DNA from: an uncultured Clostridia bacterium
Lineage (GTDB): Bacteria > Bacillota > Clostridia > TANB77 > CAG-508
Reading direction: 5' to 3'
NCBI GenBank assembly: GCA_944388755.1
Contig: CALXJY010000006.1
Span: 1-56,679 of the forward strand
DNA length: 56,679 bases
Part shown: piece by piece, positions 30,504 through 42,257 of the stretch
Numbering within the stretch: the stretch's first letter is position 1
How the letters are laid out: each line of letters starts with the position of its first letter
Notes under the pieces: generated by a model
Database searches by the model: none
What the model was told of the DNA's origin: nothing
The model's input: the letters and a program-made list of their open reading frames with translations, nothing else
Made by a program: the position numbers and the translations under genes

Positions 30504-32042
30504 ATGGAAAAAAATGAAACAATCCTAATTTTGGACTTTGGTGGACAATATAATCAATTAATAGCTCGTAGAGTTCGTGAATGTAATGTATATTCTGAGG
30601 TTGTGCCTTTTAATATTTCTTTAGAAAAAATTAAAGAGAAAAATCCAAAAGGCATTATTTTTACTGGAGGACCAGCAAGTGTATATGGAGACGATTCCCC
30701 TAAATGTGATCCTGAAATCTTCAATTTGGGAATTCCAGTTTTAGGAATTTGCTATGGTATGCAATTAATGACACATATATTAGGCGGAAATGTAGCAAAA
30801 GCAGGAAAAAGAGAATATGGAACAACAAATGTTATAATAGATAATACTTCTTTACTATTCCAAGGTTTTGGTTCTACAAATGGATTTTTAATGAGTCATA
30901 CTGATTTCGTGGAATCTGTTCCTAAAGGATTTACAAACATTGGGAAAACATCATCTTGTCCAAATGCTGCGATGGAAAATAAAGATAAAAAACTTTATGG
31001 TATTCAATTTCATCCTGAGGTAAATAATTCAATAAATGGTACATTAGTTATTAAAAACTTTTTATATAATATATGTAATTGTTCAGGAGATTGGACAATG
31101 TCATCTTTTGTTGAAGATAGTATTAAAACTTTAAAAGAAAAAATTGGAGATAAAAAGGTTCTATGTGCGTTATCTGGTGGTGTAGATTCTTCTGTGGCTG
31201 CTGTATTAATAAGTAAAGCTGCTGGAAATAATTTAACATGTATATTTTTAGATCATGGGCTTTTACGTAAAAATGAAGGTGATGAAGTAGAAAAAGTATT
31301 TAAAGAACAATTTGATATAAATCTAATTCGAGTAAATTGTCAAGATAGGTTTTTATCAAAGTTAGCAGGAGTAACAGATCCTGAACAGAAAAGAAAAATT
31401 ATTGGTGAAGAATTTATTCGTGTATTTGAGGAAGAGGCTAAAAAAATTGGAGCAGTTGACTTTTTAGTACAAGGTACAATTTATCCAGATGTAATTGAAA
31501 GTGGTCTTGGTAAAAGTTCTGTAATAAAAAGTCATCATAATGTTGGTGGACTACCTGAGCATGTAGATTTTAAAGAAATAATTGAACCTCTAAGAAATTT
31601 ATTTAAAGATGAAGTTCGTAAAACAGGTTTAGAGCTTGGAATTCCTGAAAACTTAGTATTTAGGCAACCTTTCCCTGGTCCAGGTCTTGCAATTCGTGTA
31701 ATTGGAGATATTACAAATGATAAATTAGATATTCTAAAAGAGGCAGATAGTATCTTTAGAGAAGAAATTGCAAATGCTGGTTTACACAAATCTATCAATC
31801 AATATTTTGCAGTTTTGACAAACTTAAAATCTGTGGGAGTTATGGGTGATGAAAGAACTTATGACTATACAATTGCTTTACGTGCTGTAGAAACTACAGA
31901 TTTTATGACAGGTGTGTGGAGTAAAATCCCTTATGATGTTTTAGAAAAAGTATCTTCTAGGATTGTTAATGAAGTTAACCATGTTAATCGTGTGGTTTAT
32001 GATATAACATCTAAGCCACCTGCAACAATTGAGTGGGAGTAG
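30504..32042 (+). CDS. guaA: GMP synthase (glutamine-hydrolysing)
   Basis: [37 protein letters not shown]. Confidence 0.99.
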   Translation: MEKNETILILDFGGQYNQLIARRVRECNVYSEVVPFNISLEKIKEKNPKGIIFTGGPASVYGDDSPKCDPEIFNLGIPVLGICYGMQLMTHILGGNVAKAGKREYGTTNVIIDNTSLLFQGFGSTNGFLMSHTDFVESVPKGFTNIGKTSSCPNAAMENKDKKLYGIQFHPEVNNSINGTLVIKNFLYNICNCSGDWTMSSFVEDSIKTLKEKIGDKKVLCALSGGVDSSVAAVLISKAAGNNLTCIFLDHGLLRKNEGDEVEKVFKEQFDINLIRVNCQDRFLSKLAGVTDPEQKRKIIGEEFIRVFEEEAKKIGAVDFLVQGTIYPDVIESGLGKSSVIKSHHNVGGLPEHVDFKEIIEPLRNLFKDEVRKTGLELGIPENLVFRQPFPGPGLAIRVIGDITNDKLDILKEADSIFREEIANAGLHKSINQYFAVLTNLKSVGVMGDERTYDYTIALRAVETTDFMTGVWSKIPYDVLEKVSSRIVNEVNHVNRVVYDITSKPPATIEWE

Positions 32043-32121
32043 TACATATATTAATTTATATGAATAATTATAAGATACTGTTTTTATATTATTCTTATAT
32101 TAATAGGTAAATAAAATCTTA

Positions 32122-32161
32122 AAAAATAGATCTGATTTTAGCTAAAATCAGATCTATTTTT
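32122..32161. terminator. Perfect 40-bp palindrome; bidirectional terminator
   Basis: AAAAATAGATCTGATTTTAG|CTAAAATCAGATCTATTTTT. Confidence 0.8.
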
Positions 32162-32164
32162 AAC

Positions 32165-33274
32165 CTAATCTTTTCCTAATATTGTTTTCATAACTCCTCC
32201 ATCTATTAAAGTTCCAAAAACATTTTTTAAAATTATTAACACAATTGGTCCTATAAGCATTCCCATAATCCCTATAAATTTGAAGCCTGTATACATAGCA
32301 ATTAGTGTAAAAATTGGATGAACACCTATATTTTTGCTTACTAGTCTAGGTTCTAATAGTTGTCTTACAATAGACATTATTATTAATAATATTATTATTG
32401 CTATTCCTAAATTTAAATCTCCATTTATTCCACATATAATAGCCCATGGTATCATTACAGTACCTGATCCAAGTATTGGTAGGGCATCTACAAATCCTAT
32501 CCCTAGTGCAATAAGCAATGGAAATTCTATTGCAAAACCTGTAAATTTAAGTATATATAAACCTATTAAAGATATTACAAAAGAGACTAAAATAAGTGTT
32601 GCTTCAGCCTTTAAATACCCACCTAGTGTTTTTACTAAGTCTCTAAAATGATTACCTACTCTCATAACCCATGTTCTAGGCAAATGATGTTCAATTAAAT
32701 CTATTATATAAATTTTATCAACACACATTAAATATAATGCAATAACAGTAATTGAAACATAAATTGCTATCTCAGGTATTGCTGTTACTATATCTATTAA
32801 TCCATTTAAAAAATTTCTTATCCAATTAGATACAGTATCTAAAATATCCCCTGTAGAATTTTGCAGTACTGTATTTAATTCGTTTGGTAATTTGATTTTT
32901 TCTAAATTAGAATTATTTAAAAAACCTTGAAATATTGAATATGTTTTTTCAATATAGCTGTTTAAATCATCCAATAAATTTGAAGCTTCTGAAAACAATG
33001 TAATTATTATCCAGGCTAATGTTCCTACTATTATTAATGATACTATTATAAATATTATTATTGAACTTGCTCTTCTTGTAAGTTTTGTCTTTTTCATAAT
33101 CCATTTAATTATTGGCTCAATAATTAAATAAATAATAAATGCTATTAGAAAAGGCATATAAAAAATTGATAATTTAAATGCTGCCCATAATCCAATTAAT
33201 ATTAAGATTACATATATAACTTTTTTTAAAACTCTTGTCCAATAGGACATATCTATAATCATATTAAACTCCAA
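32165..33274 (-). CDS. ytvI: Sporulation integral membrane protein YtvI (AI-2E family)
   Basis: PF..AF..EP, DALPILGSG..PW, RQLLEPRLVSKNIGVHP. Confidence 0.88.
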   Translation of the reverse strand: MEFNMIIDMSYWTRVLKKVIYVILILIGLWAAFKLSIFYMPFLIAFIIYLIIEPIIKWIMKKTKLTRRASSIIIFIIVSLIIVGTLAWIIITLFSEASNLLDDLNSYIEKTYSIFQGFLNNSNLEKIKLPNELNTVLQNSTGDILDTVSNWIRNFLNGLIDIVTAIPEIAIYVSITVIALYLMCVDKIYIIDLIEHHLPRTWVMRVGNHFRDLVKTLGGYLKAEATLILVSFVISLIGLYILKFTGFAIEFPLLIALGIGFVDALPILGSGTVMIPWAIICGINGDLNLGIAIIILLIIMSIVRQLLEPRLVSKNIGVHPIFTLIAMYTGFKFIGIMGMLIGPIVLIILKNVFGTLIDGGVMKTILGKD

Positions 33275-33393
33275 AATATCGTAATTATTCCAATTTCTTT
33301 AATTTATTATATGCAAAATAAGGCGAAAATATCCGCCTTATTTGTAAGTTGCATATATTGCAATTTTGAATAACTGTAATTTTACTTAAGCAA

Positions 33394-33831
33394 TTATTCA
33401 TTTGTTTTACATTCACATATATTTTCTAAAGTTTTAGCTATTTCATGTTCTCCTATTTTTGAACCATTATGACATAAATCTCCTAAAGTCAATATTCCTA
33501 TAACATGATTATTGTTATCACAAACTGGCAATCTTTTTATTTGTTTTTCAGACATTTTTATTTCTGCTTTGTTTATTTCATCATTTTCTGAGCAAGTACA
33601 TACATTACAAGTCATAACATCACTAACTGGTGTAGTATTATTATCTTTGTTACATGCAACAGCTCTTAGTAAAATGTCTCTATCTGTTACTATTCCACAT
33701 AAACAATTATTATCATCACAAACTGGAATTGAACCTATATGATTTTGGTTCATTAATTTTGCAACATCACTTATTGTAGTATTTGGTTTAACACAACAAA
33801 CACTATTTGTCATACAATCTTTTACCTTCAT
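33394..33831 (-). CDS. CBS-domain protein
   Basis: MKVKDCMT, GSIPV, GIVTDRDI, IKRLPV. Confidence 0.9.
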   Translation of the reverse strand: MKVKDCMTNSVCCVKPNTTISDVAKLMNQNHIGSIPVCDDNNCLCGIVTDRDILLRAVACNKDNNTTPVSDVMTCNVCTCSENDEINKAEIKMSEKQIKRLPVCDNNNHVIGILTLGDLCHNGSKIGEHEIAKTLENICECKTNE

Positions 33832-33994
33832 TATTTTTACCACCTTTCAATTAATCTCATTATTATTTTTTGTTTTTTTTTTATTTTTTATTCTATATTA
33901 TTTTTGTCATTATAGTAGTTTTTTACAGTTTTGGAATTTTTTTAAAAAAAGTGGATATAATTTTTATATAAAATATTTAATTGGAGGTTATAAT

Positions 33995-34177
33995 ATGGAT
34001 TTGAAAAGAGTTCACTATATTTTGGATAATAAGGAAAAATCAGATATTTTTTATAATGAGAGACCTGTTTGGATTCAAGGTGTAAATCAGCATGTTGCAA
34101 AAGTTGGTTTTATTGATAATTTTGAAGAAAAAGATGTATATATTGAAGATTTATATGAGAAAAATCTATATAATTAA
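33995..34177 (+). CDS. H-type small acid-soluble spore protein
   Basis: MD..R...I.....I.YN..PVWIQ.V pattern; GGAGG RBS. Confidence 0.75.
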   Translation: MDLKRVHYILDNKEKSDIFYNERPVWIQGVNQHVAKVGFIDNFEEKDVYIEDLYEKNLYN

Positions 34178-34316
34178 CTTAAATATTATTTGTAGTCTTT
34201 AAATTTACTTATATCATTTTTTTATTTTAGATTACTGAAATATTTTTCAAAATATTTCAGTTAATCTATTGAAAAAGAAAAAAAAATGTGCTAATATATA
34301 AAAGTACTTATGTGAT

Positions 34317-34391
34317 AGGGGTATAGTGTTAATGGTAGCACATCGGTCTCCAAAACCGCCTGTGAGGGTTCGAGTCCTTCTACCCCTGCCA
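34317..34391 (+). tRNA. tRNA-Trp (CCA)
   Basis: AGGGGTA/TACCCCT acceptor stem, CTCCAAA anticodon loop, GTTCGAG, encoded CCA. Confidence 0.97.
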
Positions 34392-34411
34392 AGTACTATT
34401 TTTTTAAGCAG

Positions 34412-35008
34412 GTGATTATTATACAAAAGCTTTTTGCAAAAATATGCTTCATGTTTATTTTATTTCTTATATTTATTTCAATTTTTTTTATTCCAATAAT
34501 TCAATGTAATGATATAAATCAAGATGTAAATAATGGTGAAATTATTAATTTAGATCCAAACAAATATGGGTTTATTTGGCCAATACCTGGATATACTAAA
34601 ATTAGTTCACCATATGGAAAAAGACAAGCACCAACTGGAGGAGCTTCTAGTTTTCATTATGGTTGTGATATTCCTGCTCCACAGGGGACTAAGTTAATTG
34701 CAATCCATGATGGTGAAATAACTTTTACAAATTTCCTAGGTGCAGGTGGTTTTACAATCACTCTTTCTTTTGATAATTATAAAGTTACATATTGCCATGT
34801 TGATTCAAATTTTATTGTTTCTGTTGGAGATATTGTTAAACAAGGGCAAGTTATAGGTTATGTTGGTCCTAAAAATGTTTATAATGTTCCATGGAATCCA
34901 TATAAGGATAGCAATGGTAATCCTACAAATGGTGCAACTACAGGCTGTCATTTGCATATTGGTTTTAGGGTTGATGATAAATATCAAGATCCGATGACAT
35001 TTTTTTAG
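34412..35008 (+). CDS. M23 family peptidase
   Basis: WPIPG..ISS.YG.R, HYGCD, YCH, TGCHLH. Confidence 0.9.
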   Translation: MIIIQKLFAKICFMFILFLIFISIFFIPIIQCNDINQDVNNGEIINLDPNKYGFIWPIPGYTKISSPYGKRQAPTGGASSFHYGCDIPAPQGTKLIAIHDGEITFTNFLGAGGFTITLSFDNYKVTYCHVDSNFIVSVGDIVKQGQVIGYVGPKNVYNVPWNPYKDSNGNPTNGATTGCHLHIGFRVDDKYQDPMTFF

Positions 35009-35088
35009 TGCATTAAAAATCCCCATTTAAAACCGTTCTGTATGGATTATTTTCCATTTACAACTATTTTAAATGGGAGTATATTAAA

Positions 35089-35577
35089 TTACATATCATC
35101 TTCATTGTCTTCACTTTCGTCGTCATTTTCTTCTTCATCACATCCGCTACAAGATGAGCACTCTCCATGACATCCTTGTATCTCATCATCTAATTCACCT
35201 GACCAGTCAAGCTCGATTATGTTATTACATTCTGGGCATTGTACTTCAGTCTTGTTTTCATCTACATCTATTACAAATTCATAATTACAATATGGGCAAA
35301 CAATCTCAAAATCAAACCCATCATCTGAATATATGTCTTTTTCTATGTTTTCTACAATGGTTTCAATTTTTTCTAGTCTATTTTCTAATTCTTTGTGCTT
35401 TTTTTCTAAATTTTCTACTTCTGATTCCTTATAATTCATTATATGATCCATTTGATTTAAAACTGCATTCAAAAAGTCGGCAAATCTTAGTTTAATATAT
35501 TCAAGATCTTCTTTATTTTTTATATTTTTTTCAATATCTTCCAAAAAACTTGTATAATTATCTTTTAATACACCCAT
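35089..35577 (-). CDS. Zinc-ribbon protein (CD1247-like)
   Basis: Coiled coil, CPYC..CPEC, Cys/acidic tail; follows efp. Confidence 0.65.
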   Translation of the reverse strand: MGVLKDNYTSFLEDIEKNIKNKEDLEYIKLRFADFLNAVLNQMDHIMNYKESEVENLEKKHKELENRLEKIETIVENIEKDIYSDDGFDFEIVCPYCNYEFVIDVDENKTEVQCPECNNIIELDWSGELDDEIQGCHGECSSCSGCDEEENDDESEDNEDDM

Positions 35578-35599
35578 TTGCAATCTACCTTTCTAAAAC

Positions 35600-36166
35600 T
35601 TACACTCTTTCCATGTATTCACATGTACGTGTATCTATTTTTAATACATCACCAATATTTACAAATAGTGGTACTTGCAATTCTAATCCTGTTTCTAATT
35701 TTGCTGGTTTTCCTGAAGTTGTTGTTGTATTTCCACTAAATCCTGGTTCTGTATATGTAACTTCCAATTCAACAAATGTTGGTGGTTCTACTGCAAATAT
35801 GTTACCTTTATATGAAAGTATTGTTACTTCCATATTTTCTTTTAAGTATTTTAAACAATCTCCTAATTGATCTTCATTTAATGGAATTTGGTCATATGTT
35901 ACATTATCCATAAAATAATATAATCCACCATCATTATATAAGTATTGCATAACTTTTTTTTCTATTTCTGCTCCAGGAAATTTATCTGATGGATTAAATG
36001 TTTTTTCAAGTGTTGCACCTGTTATAACATTTTTTAATTTTGTTCTAACAAATGCAGACCCCTTACCTGGTTTTACATGTTGAAATTCAACTACTCTAAA
36101 TACATTTCCTTCCATTTCAAATGTTGTTCCATTTCTAAAATCTCCTGCTGAGTAAACTCCTGCCAT
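35600..36166 (-). CDS. efp: Elongation factor P
   Basis: [24 protein letters not shown]. Confidence 0.98.
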   Translation of the reverse strand: MAGVYSAGDFRNGTTFEMEGNVFRVVEFQHVKPGKGSAFVRTKLKNVITGATLEKTFNPSDKFPGAEIEKKVMQYLYNDGGLYYFMDNVTYDQIPLNEDQLGDCLKYLKENMEVTILSYKGNIFAVEPPTFVELEVTYTEPGFSGNTTTTSGKPAKLETGLELQVPLFVNIGDVLKIDTRTCEYMERV

Positions 36167-36238
36167 ATTTATTTCTCCTTTCAAAATTCTTATTACTTGC
36201 ATATTTTACTACAAAATCGCTTAAAAATCAATACTTTT

Positions 36239-37297
36239 TTAAATTACAATATAATTTTTCTCAGAATTGGTTAAATTTATACATCCAAATTTTGTAATTT
36301 GTACTGTATCTTCTATTCTTACTCCAAATTTTCCTGGTACATAGATTCCCGGTTCATCTGTAACTACCATATTTTCTTTTAATAATGTATCATTTTTATA
36401 ACTTATATATGGTGGTTCATGTATTTCTAATCCTACTCCATGACCTAAACTATGTATTAAATCATAATTGTGTAATCTAAAATCATTTTCTACCATTTTA
36501 CTTACTAATCTTGTACTCATTCCATCTTTATAATCTTTTAGTGTTTGTATTTGATTTTTCAAAACTAGGTCATATATTGGTTTTACTTCTTCTAATATTT
36601 TTCCAACAAAAAATGTTCTTGTCATGTCTGAACAATATCCATTTACTTTGCAACCCATGTCAATTGTAATAATATCTTCATTTTGAATCTTTCTATTTGT
36701 AGGTACTGCATGTGGTTTTGATGTATTTTCTCCTGAAGCAACAATTGTTTCAAAAGATATCCCATCTGCATATTTATTATAATAGTCCTCTATTTCTTTT
36801 GCAATTTGCTTTTCTGTCATTCCAGGTTTTATATATTTCAAAATATATTTAAAGCAATCATCTGTAATATTACATGCTTTAGTTATATTATGCATTTCTT
36901 CTTCATCTTTTATCATTCTTTGTTTTTCTATTATATATTCTGTTTCTACTAAATTATTTATCTTGTATTTGTGCATATATTCTTTATACATTGCATATGT
37001 TACGTAATGCTCTTCAAATCCTACATTTTCACAAAACATAAAAAAATTTTCATAGTCATCTTTTGATACATCATTAATATCATATACTATTATTTCATCA
37101 AAAAGTGTTAATATACTATGTACGTGTTCTATATATCTTCCATCTGTAATATATATATTTTCTTTTCGTGTAAGTAATAATGTTCCTTCTGCTTCAATAT
37201 TTGTTAAATATCTTATATTTATTGGGTTTGATATTATTATTCCTTGCATATCTAAACTATTCATTTTATTTCTTAACCATTGTAATTTTGGGTTCAT
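36239..37297 (-). CDS. Xaa-Pro aminopeptidase (M24)
   Basis: TDGRY, YCSDMTRT, HSLGHGVGLEIHE, EPGIY, GVRIED. Confidence 0.93.
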   Translation of the reverse strand: MNPKLQWLRNKMNSLDMQGIIISNPINIRYLTNIEAEGTLLLTRKENIYITDGRYIEHVHSILTLFDEIIVYDINDVSKDDYENFFMFCENVGFEEHYVTYAMYKEYMHKYKINNLVETEYIIEKQRMIKDEEEMHNITKACNITDDCFKYILKYIKPGMTEKQIAKEIEDYYNKYADGISFETIVASGENTSKPHAVPTNRKIQNEDIITIDMGCKVNGYCSDMTRTFFVGKILEEVKPIYDLVLKNQIQTLKDYKDGMSTRLVSKMVENDFRLHNYDLIHSLGHGVGLEIHEPPYISYKNDTLLKENMVVTDEPGIYVPGKFGVRIEDTVQITKFGCINLTNSEKNYIVI

Positions 37298-37316
37298 GCT
37301 TTGCTCCTTTTAAAAA

Positions 37317-38069
37317 TTAATTTCTATATAAACCTAAAGTAAAAATCTGCATTAAAATAGCTTTTATTGTTTCAAATGGTACATACATACTTATAAATGT
37401 TCCTAATACTATAAAAGGTCCAAATGGGATATATTCATTCGATTTTTTTATTCTTGTTATAAGCAATAAAATACTTAATACTGCTCCTATTAAAAATGAT
37501 AATAAAGTTATAATGATTATATTAGATAAACCAAATAATAGCCCTAATGCTCCCATTAGTTTGACATCACCAAATCCCATTGCTTCTTTGCCATATATAA
37601 ACCCACCAATAACTGTGATTAGTAAGAATATTCCTGCTCCTGTAAACATTCCAAGTACTAAATTTATACTTATTGCTACATCTGAAAGTCCATATAAAAA
37701 TGCAAATATTAGCCCTATTTCAAATAAGAGTAAATTTAATCTGTTTGGTATTATTTGATGTTTATAATCAATAATAAATGCTGATATTAGTATTGGTGTA
37801 ATTATTAGGTATTTAATTAAATCTAAATTTGCAATTAATGTAGTTTTTATCCCACAAAAATATATTAAAGTTACATAGATTATAGCTATTAAAAATATCA
37901 ATATATAATGTGGTCTAAATTTCATTTTATTTTCTCTAAAAAAATCTTTAGAAATTACTTTTTTGTATTCTGGTAATCTTTCGTTTGCCCAACCTACTAT
38001 TTGAGCTATAAAAATTGATGCTATTACTGCTATTGCATAATATATTATGTGTATATCATTTATGTACAT
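37317..38069 (-). CDS. A24 prepilin peptidase
   Basis: IDYKHQIIP, MGFGDVKL, IPFGPF. Confidence 0.85.
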   Translation of the reverse strand: MYINDIHIIYYAIAVIASIFIAQIVGWANERLPEYKKVISKDFFRENKMKFRPHYILIFLIAIIYVTLIYFCGIKTTLIANLDLIKYLIITPILISAFIIDYKHQIIPNRLNLLLFEIGLIFAFLYGLSDVAISINLVLGMFTGAGIFLLITVIGGFIYGKEAMGFGDVKLMGALGLLFGLSNIIIITLLSFLIGAVLSILLLITRIKKSNEYIPFGPFIVLGTFISMYVPFETIKAILMQIFTLGLYRN

Positions 38070-38091
38070 ATTTTTCCTCCAATTATTTTCT

Positions 38092-38589
38092 TTAGCGTTC
38101 TTCTCTGTCTATCATTTTTTGTTTTATTTTATTTTCTATAGGTCTTTTCCATGCTGTATACCAATAATCTTTTTCATTTATTGGTTCTATTAAAATTGTA
38201 TGCATATTGCATCTATTTCCTCCCAAAATATCTGTAAATACTTGGTCTCCCACTACTGCTATATTTTGAGGTTCTATGTTTAGTTTTTTTCGTATTTTTT
38301 CAAATCCTATTTTTAATGGTTTCATACCAAAATATCTATATGGTATATCTAATATTCCTGCTACTTTCTCGACTTTTCTACGTTTATTTGTGTTTGATAA
38401 TATATATAATCTTATATTTTGTAATTTTACATTTTCTACCCATTTAATGATATTTGGGGAAAGCTGTTGTGTATAGTCAATTAAAGTATTGTCTACATCT
38501 AAAATAACGACTTTTATATTGTTTTTTACTAGATATTCAATTGGAATTTCTTCTACTTTTTTAAAATATGCTTTTGGGCTTATATCCAA
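38092..38589 (-). CDS. YqeG family HAD IIIA phosphatase
   Basis: LDVDNTL, LSN, KP, VGDQVFTDILGGNR. Confidence 0.9.
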   Translation of the reverse strand: MDISPKAYFKKVEEIPIEYLVKNNIKVVILDVDNTLIDYTQQLSPNIIKWVENVKLQNIRLYILSNTNKRRKVEKVAGILDIPYRYFGMKPLKIGFEKIRKKLNIEPQNIAVVGDQVFTDILGGNRCNMHTILIEPINEKDYWYTAWKRPIENKIKQKMIDREER

Positions 38590-38729
38590 TTTTCTTTTCC
38601 CCTTTCTTTTGCTAAGTTATTTTTCTTTATATTATATTATCTTTTTAAAAAAATCAATACTTAAATTTAAAAAGATATATAAAATGTTACAATTCACTTG
38701 CAATTTTACAAGTGAACTGTATCATAAGA

Positions 38730-41171
38730 TTATTTTCTAAGTTCTGCTCCAACATCTTTCTCTAATTCTGAAACAATTCCCTCCATCACTTTATTTACTT
38801 CTTCATCTAATAATGTTTTATTTTTATCTCTAAATATAAGTGCATATGCAACACTTTTCTTGTTTTTTCCTAAAACTTCTTCATTTCTATATATATCAAA
38901 TAATTCTTTAGATTCAAGCAATTTTTTAGCTTTTTTTGTAATTATCTTTTCTATTTGACCAACTTCTATATTTTCGTCTACAATAATCGCAATATCTCTT
39001 TCTACAGCTGGATATTTTGGTATTTCTACATATTTTTTACTATTTCTTGCATATTTTGTTACTTTTGTTATATTTAATTCTGCTAAATAAACTTTTTTGT
39101 TAATTTCATAGTTATCTAATACTTTTGGATGTGCTTCACCAATTGTTGCTATAATATCTTTTCCAATTTTTATATTTGCACATCTGCCTGGGTGATAAGA
39201 CATATTATTTTTTTCTTTTTCTATATCATATCTATTTACAGAAATTTGTTGTAATATATTTTCTATTAATCCTTTTACTATATAAAAGTCTAAATTTTCT
39301 CCATACATTCCAATTGTTAAGATTTTTTCTTCTTCAGGCACTTCTCCTTTTTCAATGTTTTTATTGATATTTTGGTATCTTCTTGAAATGTCAAATAATT
39401 TTGCTTCTTTATTTTTCTTATTAATATTTGTTGTAATAGTTGATAACATACTTGGGATTGTAGATGGTCTCATATATTTATAATCATCATTTAATGGATT
39501 TTTTATACATATTGCTAGTTTTTTTAGTTCTTCTGAAATATTAGCTTTATCTAATTCTTTTTCATTTATAAATCCATATGTGTAGATTTCAGATAGTCCA
39601 TTATTTTGTAATGTTTCTAAAATTTTATCTTCTATTTTTTGTTCTTTGTTTTTTACTCCTAGTGTTGTTTCTGCTTTTATCAAAGTAGTATCTAGTTTAT
39701 CATATCCATAAAATCTTGCAATTTCTTCTGCTAAGTCTGCCATTTGTTCTATATCTTGTCTAAAATATGGTATAATTGCTATATCATCTTCAATTTTTAT
39801 TTCTAATCTTTCTAAAATATTTATCATTTCTTTTTTACTTAAATTGGTACCTAATAATTTATTGATCTTTTCAGGTTCCAATTTTATTTTATTTATTTTT
39901 TGTTTTGTAGGATATCTATCTATTTTTCCTTTAATTTCTTCTCCTGCGCCTAACATTTCTACCAATTGTACTGCTCTATTTACAGCTCTTAGTGCATTTT
40001 CAGGAGACAATCCTTTTTCAAATCTTGATGAACTTTCTGTTCTTAATCCGACTTTTTTTGCTGTTTTTCTTACACTTCCTCCATAGAATACTGCTGATTC
40101 AAAAACTACTGTTTTTGTATCTTTTTCTATTTCTGAATTTAGCCCACCCATAACACCTGCAATTGCAACAGGCTTTTTATCGTCTGCAATAACTAAATCA
40201 TTTTCATCTAGTATTCTTTCTGTCTCGTCTAATGTTACTATTTTTTCTCCATTTTTAGCTCTTCTTACTGTTATATGTCTTCCTTCAATAGACTCAATAT
40301 CAAATGCATGCATTGGTTGCCCCATTTCAAGCATTACATAATTTGTAATATCTACTATATTGTTAATACTTCTCATACCACATGCTTTTAGTCTTTTAAC
40401 CATCCATTTTGGAGATGGTCCTATTTTTACGTTTTTTACCATTCTTGCTATATATCTATAACATAAATCAGGTGCTTCAATATCTACTTTTAATCCTTCT
40501 ATTTCATCTTTGTCTTCAATTTTTTTTGATTTTTCATCTATATCTTTTCTAGGATTTTTGAAATCTGTGTTTAGTGCAACTGCTGTTTCTCTTCCTAGTC
40601 CTTCAATTGATAGACAATCAGGTCTATTAGGTGTAATTTCAAAATCTATAACTTCTTCTTTTAAATCTAAAACTTTTACTATATCTTCTCCTAAATGCTC
40701 CTCTAGATTTGTATTTGCTAAAACTTTAATTTTGTCTTTTCTTTCTAAAATCATAATTCCATCTTCAATTTGATTTTGATATTCATTTACGTCTATATTT
40801 AACTCCCCAACAGAACACATCATTCCGCAGGATTCTACACCTCTAAGCATCCCGGTTTTTATGTTTTTTCCATTTGGTAGCTCTGCTCCATTTTTTGCAA
40901 TTGGCACAATATCTCCGACTTCAATATTAGGCGCTCCTGTTACAATTTGCAATATTTCTTTTCCTATATCAACTTTTGTAACTAATAGATGATCTGAGTC
41001 TTCATGTTTTTTTATTTCTAAAATTTTACCAACAACAACATTTTTTATATCATTACCTCTTAAATCTATTGTTTCTACTTTTTGACCAGCCATAGTCAAA
41101 ATATCACCTAATTTTAGTGTATCTACATCTATATTAGCATATTCTTCTAACCATTCTCTACTTGCTTTCAT
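38730..41171 (-). CDS. pheT: Phenylalanine-tRNA ligase beta subunit
   Basis: ITPNRPDCLS, VDITNYV..GQPMHAFD, SSRFEKG, FDX-ACB tail. Confidence 0.98.
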   Translation of the reverse strand: MKASREWLEEYANIDVDTLKLGDILTMAGQKVETIDLRGNDIKNVVVGKILEIKKHEDSDHLLVTKVDIGKEILQIVTGAPNIEVGDIVPIAKNGAELPNGKNIKTGMLRGVESCGMMCSVGELNIDVNEYQNQIEDGIMILERKDKIKVLANTNLEEHLGEDIVKVLDLKEEVIDFEITPNRPDCLSIEGLGRETAVALNTDFKNPRKDIDEKSKKIEDKDEIEGLKVDIEAPDLCYRYIARMVKNVKIGPSPKWMVKRLKACGMRSINNIVDITNYVMLEMGQPMHAFDIESIEGRHITVRRAKNGEKIVTLDETERILDENDLVIADDKKPVAIAGVMGGLNSEIEKDTKTVVFESAVFYGGSVRKTAKKVGLRTESSSRFEKGLSPENALRAVNRAVQLVEMLGAGEEIKGKIDRYPTKQKINKIKLEPEKINKLLGTNLSKKEMINILERLEIKIEDDIAIIPYFRQDIEQMADLAEEIARFYGYDKLDTTLIKAETTLGVKNKEQKIEDKILETLQNNGLSEIYTYGFINEKELDKANISEELKKLAICIKNPLNDDYKYMRPSTIPSMLSTITTNINKKNKEAKLFDISRRYQNINKNIEKGEVPEEEKILTIGMYGENLDFYIVKGLIENILQQISVNRYDIEKEKNNMSYHPGRCANIKIGKDIIATIGEAHPKVLDNYEINKKVYLAELNITKVTKYARNSKKYVEIPKYPAVERDIAIIVDENIEVGQIEKIITKKAKKLLESKELFDIYRNEEVLGKNKKSVAYALIFRDKNKTLLDEEVNKVMEGIVSELEKDVGAELRK

Positions 41172-41207
41172 CTTCTTCACTCCTCTATATTATTTTTTGA
41201 TATAAGT

Positions 41208-42227
41208 TTAAAATTGCTTTAAAAATCTAACATCATTTTCATATAATAGTCTTAAATCTTCTATTCCAAATTTTGCCATAGCAATTCTTTCTACTCCAAA
41301 GCCAAATGCAAATCCTGAATATTCATTTGGATCTATTCCACAATTTCTTAATACATTAGGATGTACCATACCACAACCTAATAATTCAATCCATCCTTCT
41401 CCCTTACATACTTTGCAACCTTTTCCTCCACATACAAAACATGATACATCTGCTTCTGCTGATGGTTCTGTAAATGGGAAATGATGTGGTCTAAATCTTA
41501 TTTTAGTATTTTCTCCAAGACATTTTTTTGCAAACATTTCTAATGTTCCTTTTAAATCTGTCATTGATATATTTTTATCTACCACTAGTCCTTCTACCTG
41601 ATGGAATACGGGTGAATGTGTTGCATCTACTGCATCTGAACGATATACTGCTCCTGGACATATTATTTTTATTGGAGGTTTTTGTTTTTCCATTACCCTT
41701 GCTTGAACCGGTGATGTTTGGCTTCTTAAGATTATGTCATCTGTAATATAAAATGTGTCTTGTAAATCTCTTGATGGATGATCTTCTGGAGCATTTAGTT
41801 GGTCAAAGTTATAAAATGTTTTTTCTACTTCAGGTCCATCTGCTATTTGGTAGCCCATTCCTAAAAATATTTCTTCAACCTCTTTTATTATTTGTGTAAT
41901 TGGGTGTATTGAGCCTAATTCGGTTTTTTTACTTGGCTCTGTTACATCTATGTTTTCTGTTTCTAATCTTTTTTGTAATTCTTCTGATTTTAGTTTTTCT
42001 TCTTTTTTATTAAACTCTTCTTCTAAAATGTCTCTAACTTCATTTACAAGTTTTCCTATTATTGGCCTTTCGTCATTAGAAAGTTTTCCCATTCCTCTTA
42101 ATACTTGTGTTAATTCACCTTTTTTTCCTAGGTATTTTACTTTGATTTCTTGTAATACTTTTAAATCTTCTGCTTTTTCAATCTCTTTCATTGAATTTTT
42201 TTTGATTTCTTCAATTTGTTCTTTCAT
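41208..42227 (-). CDS. pheS: Phenylalanine-tRNA ligase alpha subunit
   Basis: [36 protein letters not shown]. Confidence 0.98.
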   Translation of the reverse strand: MKEQIEEIKKNSMKEIEKAEDLKVLQEIKVKYLGKKGELTQVLRGMGKLSNDERPIIGKLVNEVRDILEEEFNKKEEKLKSEELQKRLETENIDVTEPSKKTELGSIHPITQIIKEVEEIFLGMGYQIADGPEVEKTFYNFDQLNAPEDHPSRDLQDTFYITDDIILRSQTSPVQARVMEKQKPPIKIICPGAVYRSDAVDATHSPVFHQVEGLVVDKNISMTDLKGTLEMFAKKCLGENTKIRFRPHHFPFTEPSAEADVSCFVCGGKGCKVCKGEGWIELLGCGMVHPNVLRNCGIDPNEYSGFAFGFGVERIAMAKFGIEDLRLLYENDVRFLKQF

Positions 42228-42257
42228 GCTAATTCTCCTTTCTTTTTTATTATGCAA

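Noticed and set aside
32020-32120. Island integrated at the guaA 3' end, a known hotspot
   Set aside because: No integrase, no second copy of the guaA end, and ytvI follows directly.
34317-34411. tRNA-Trp as an att site
   Set aside because: No duplicated 3' end or recombinase nearby.
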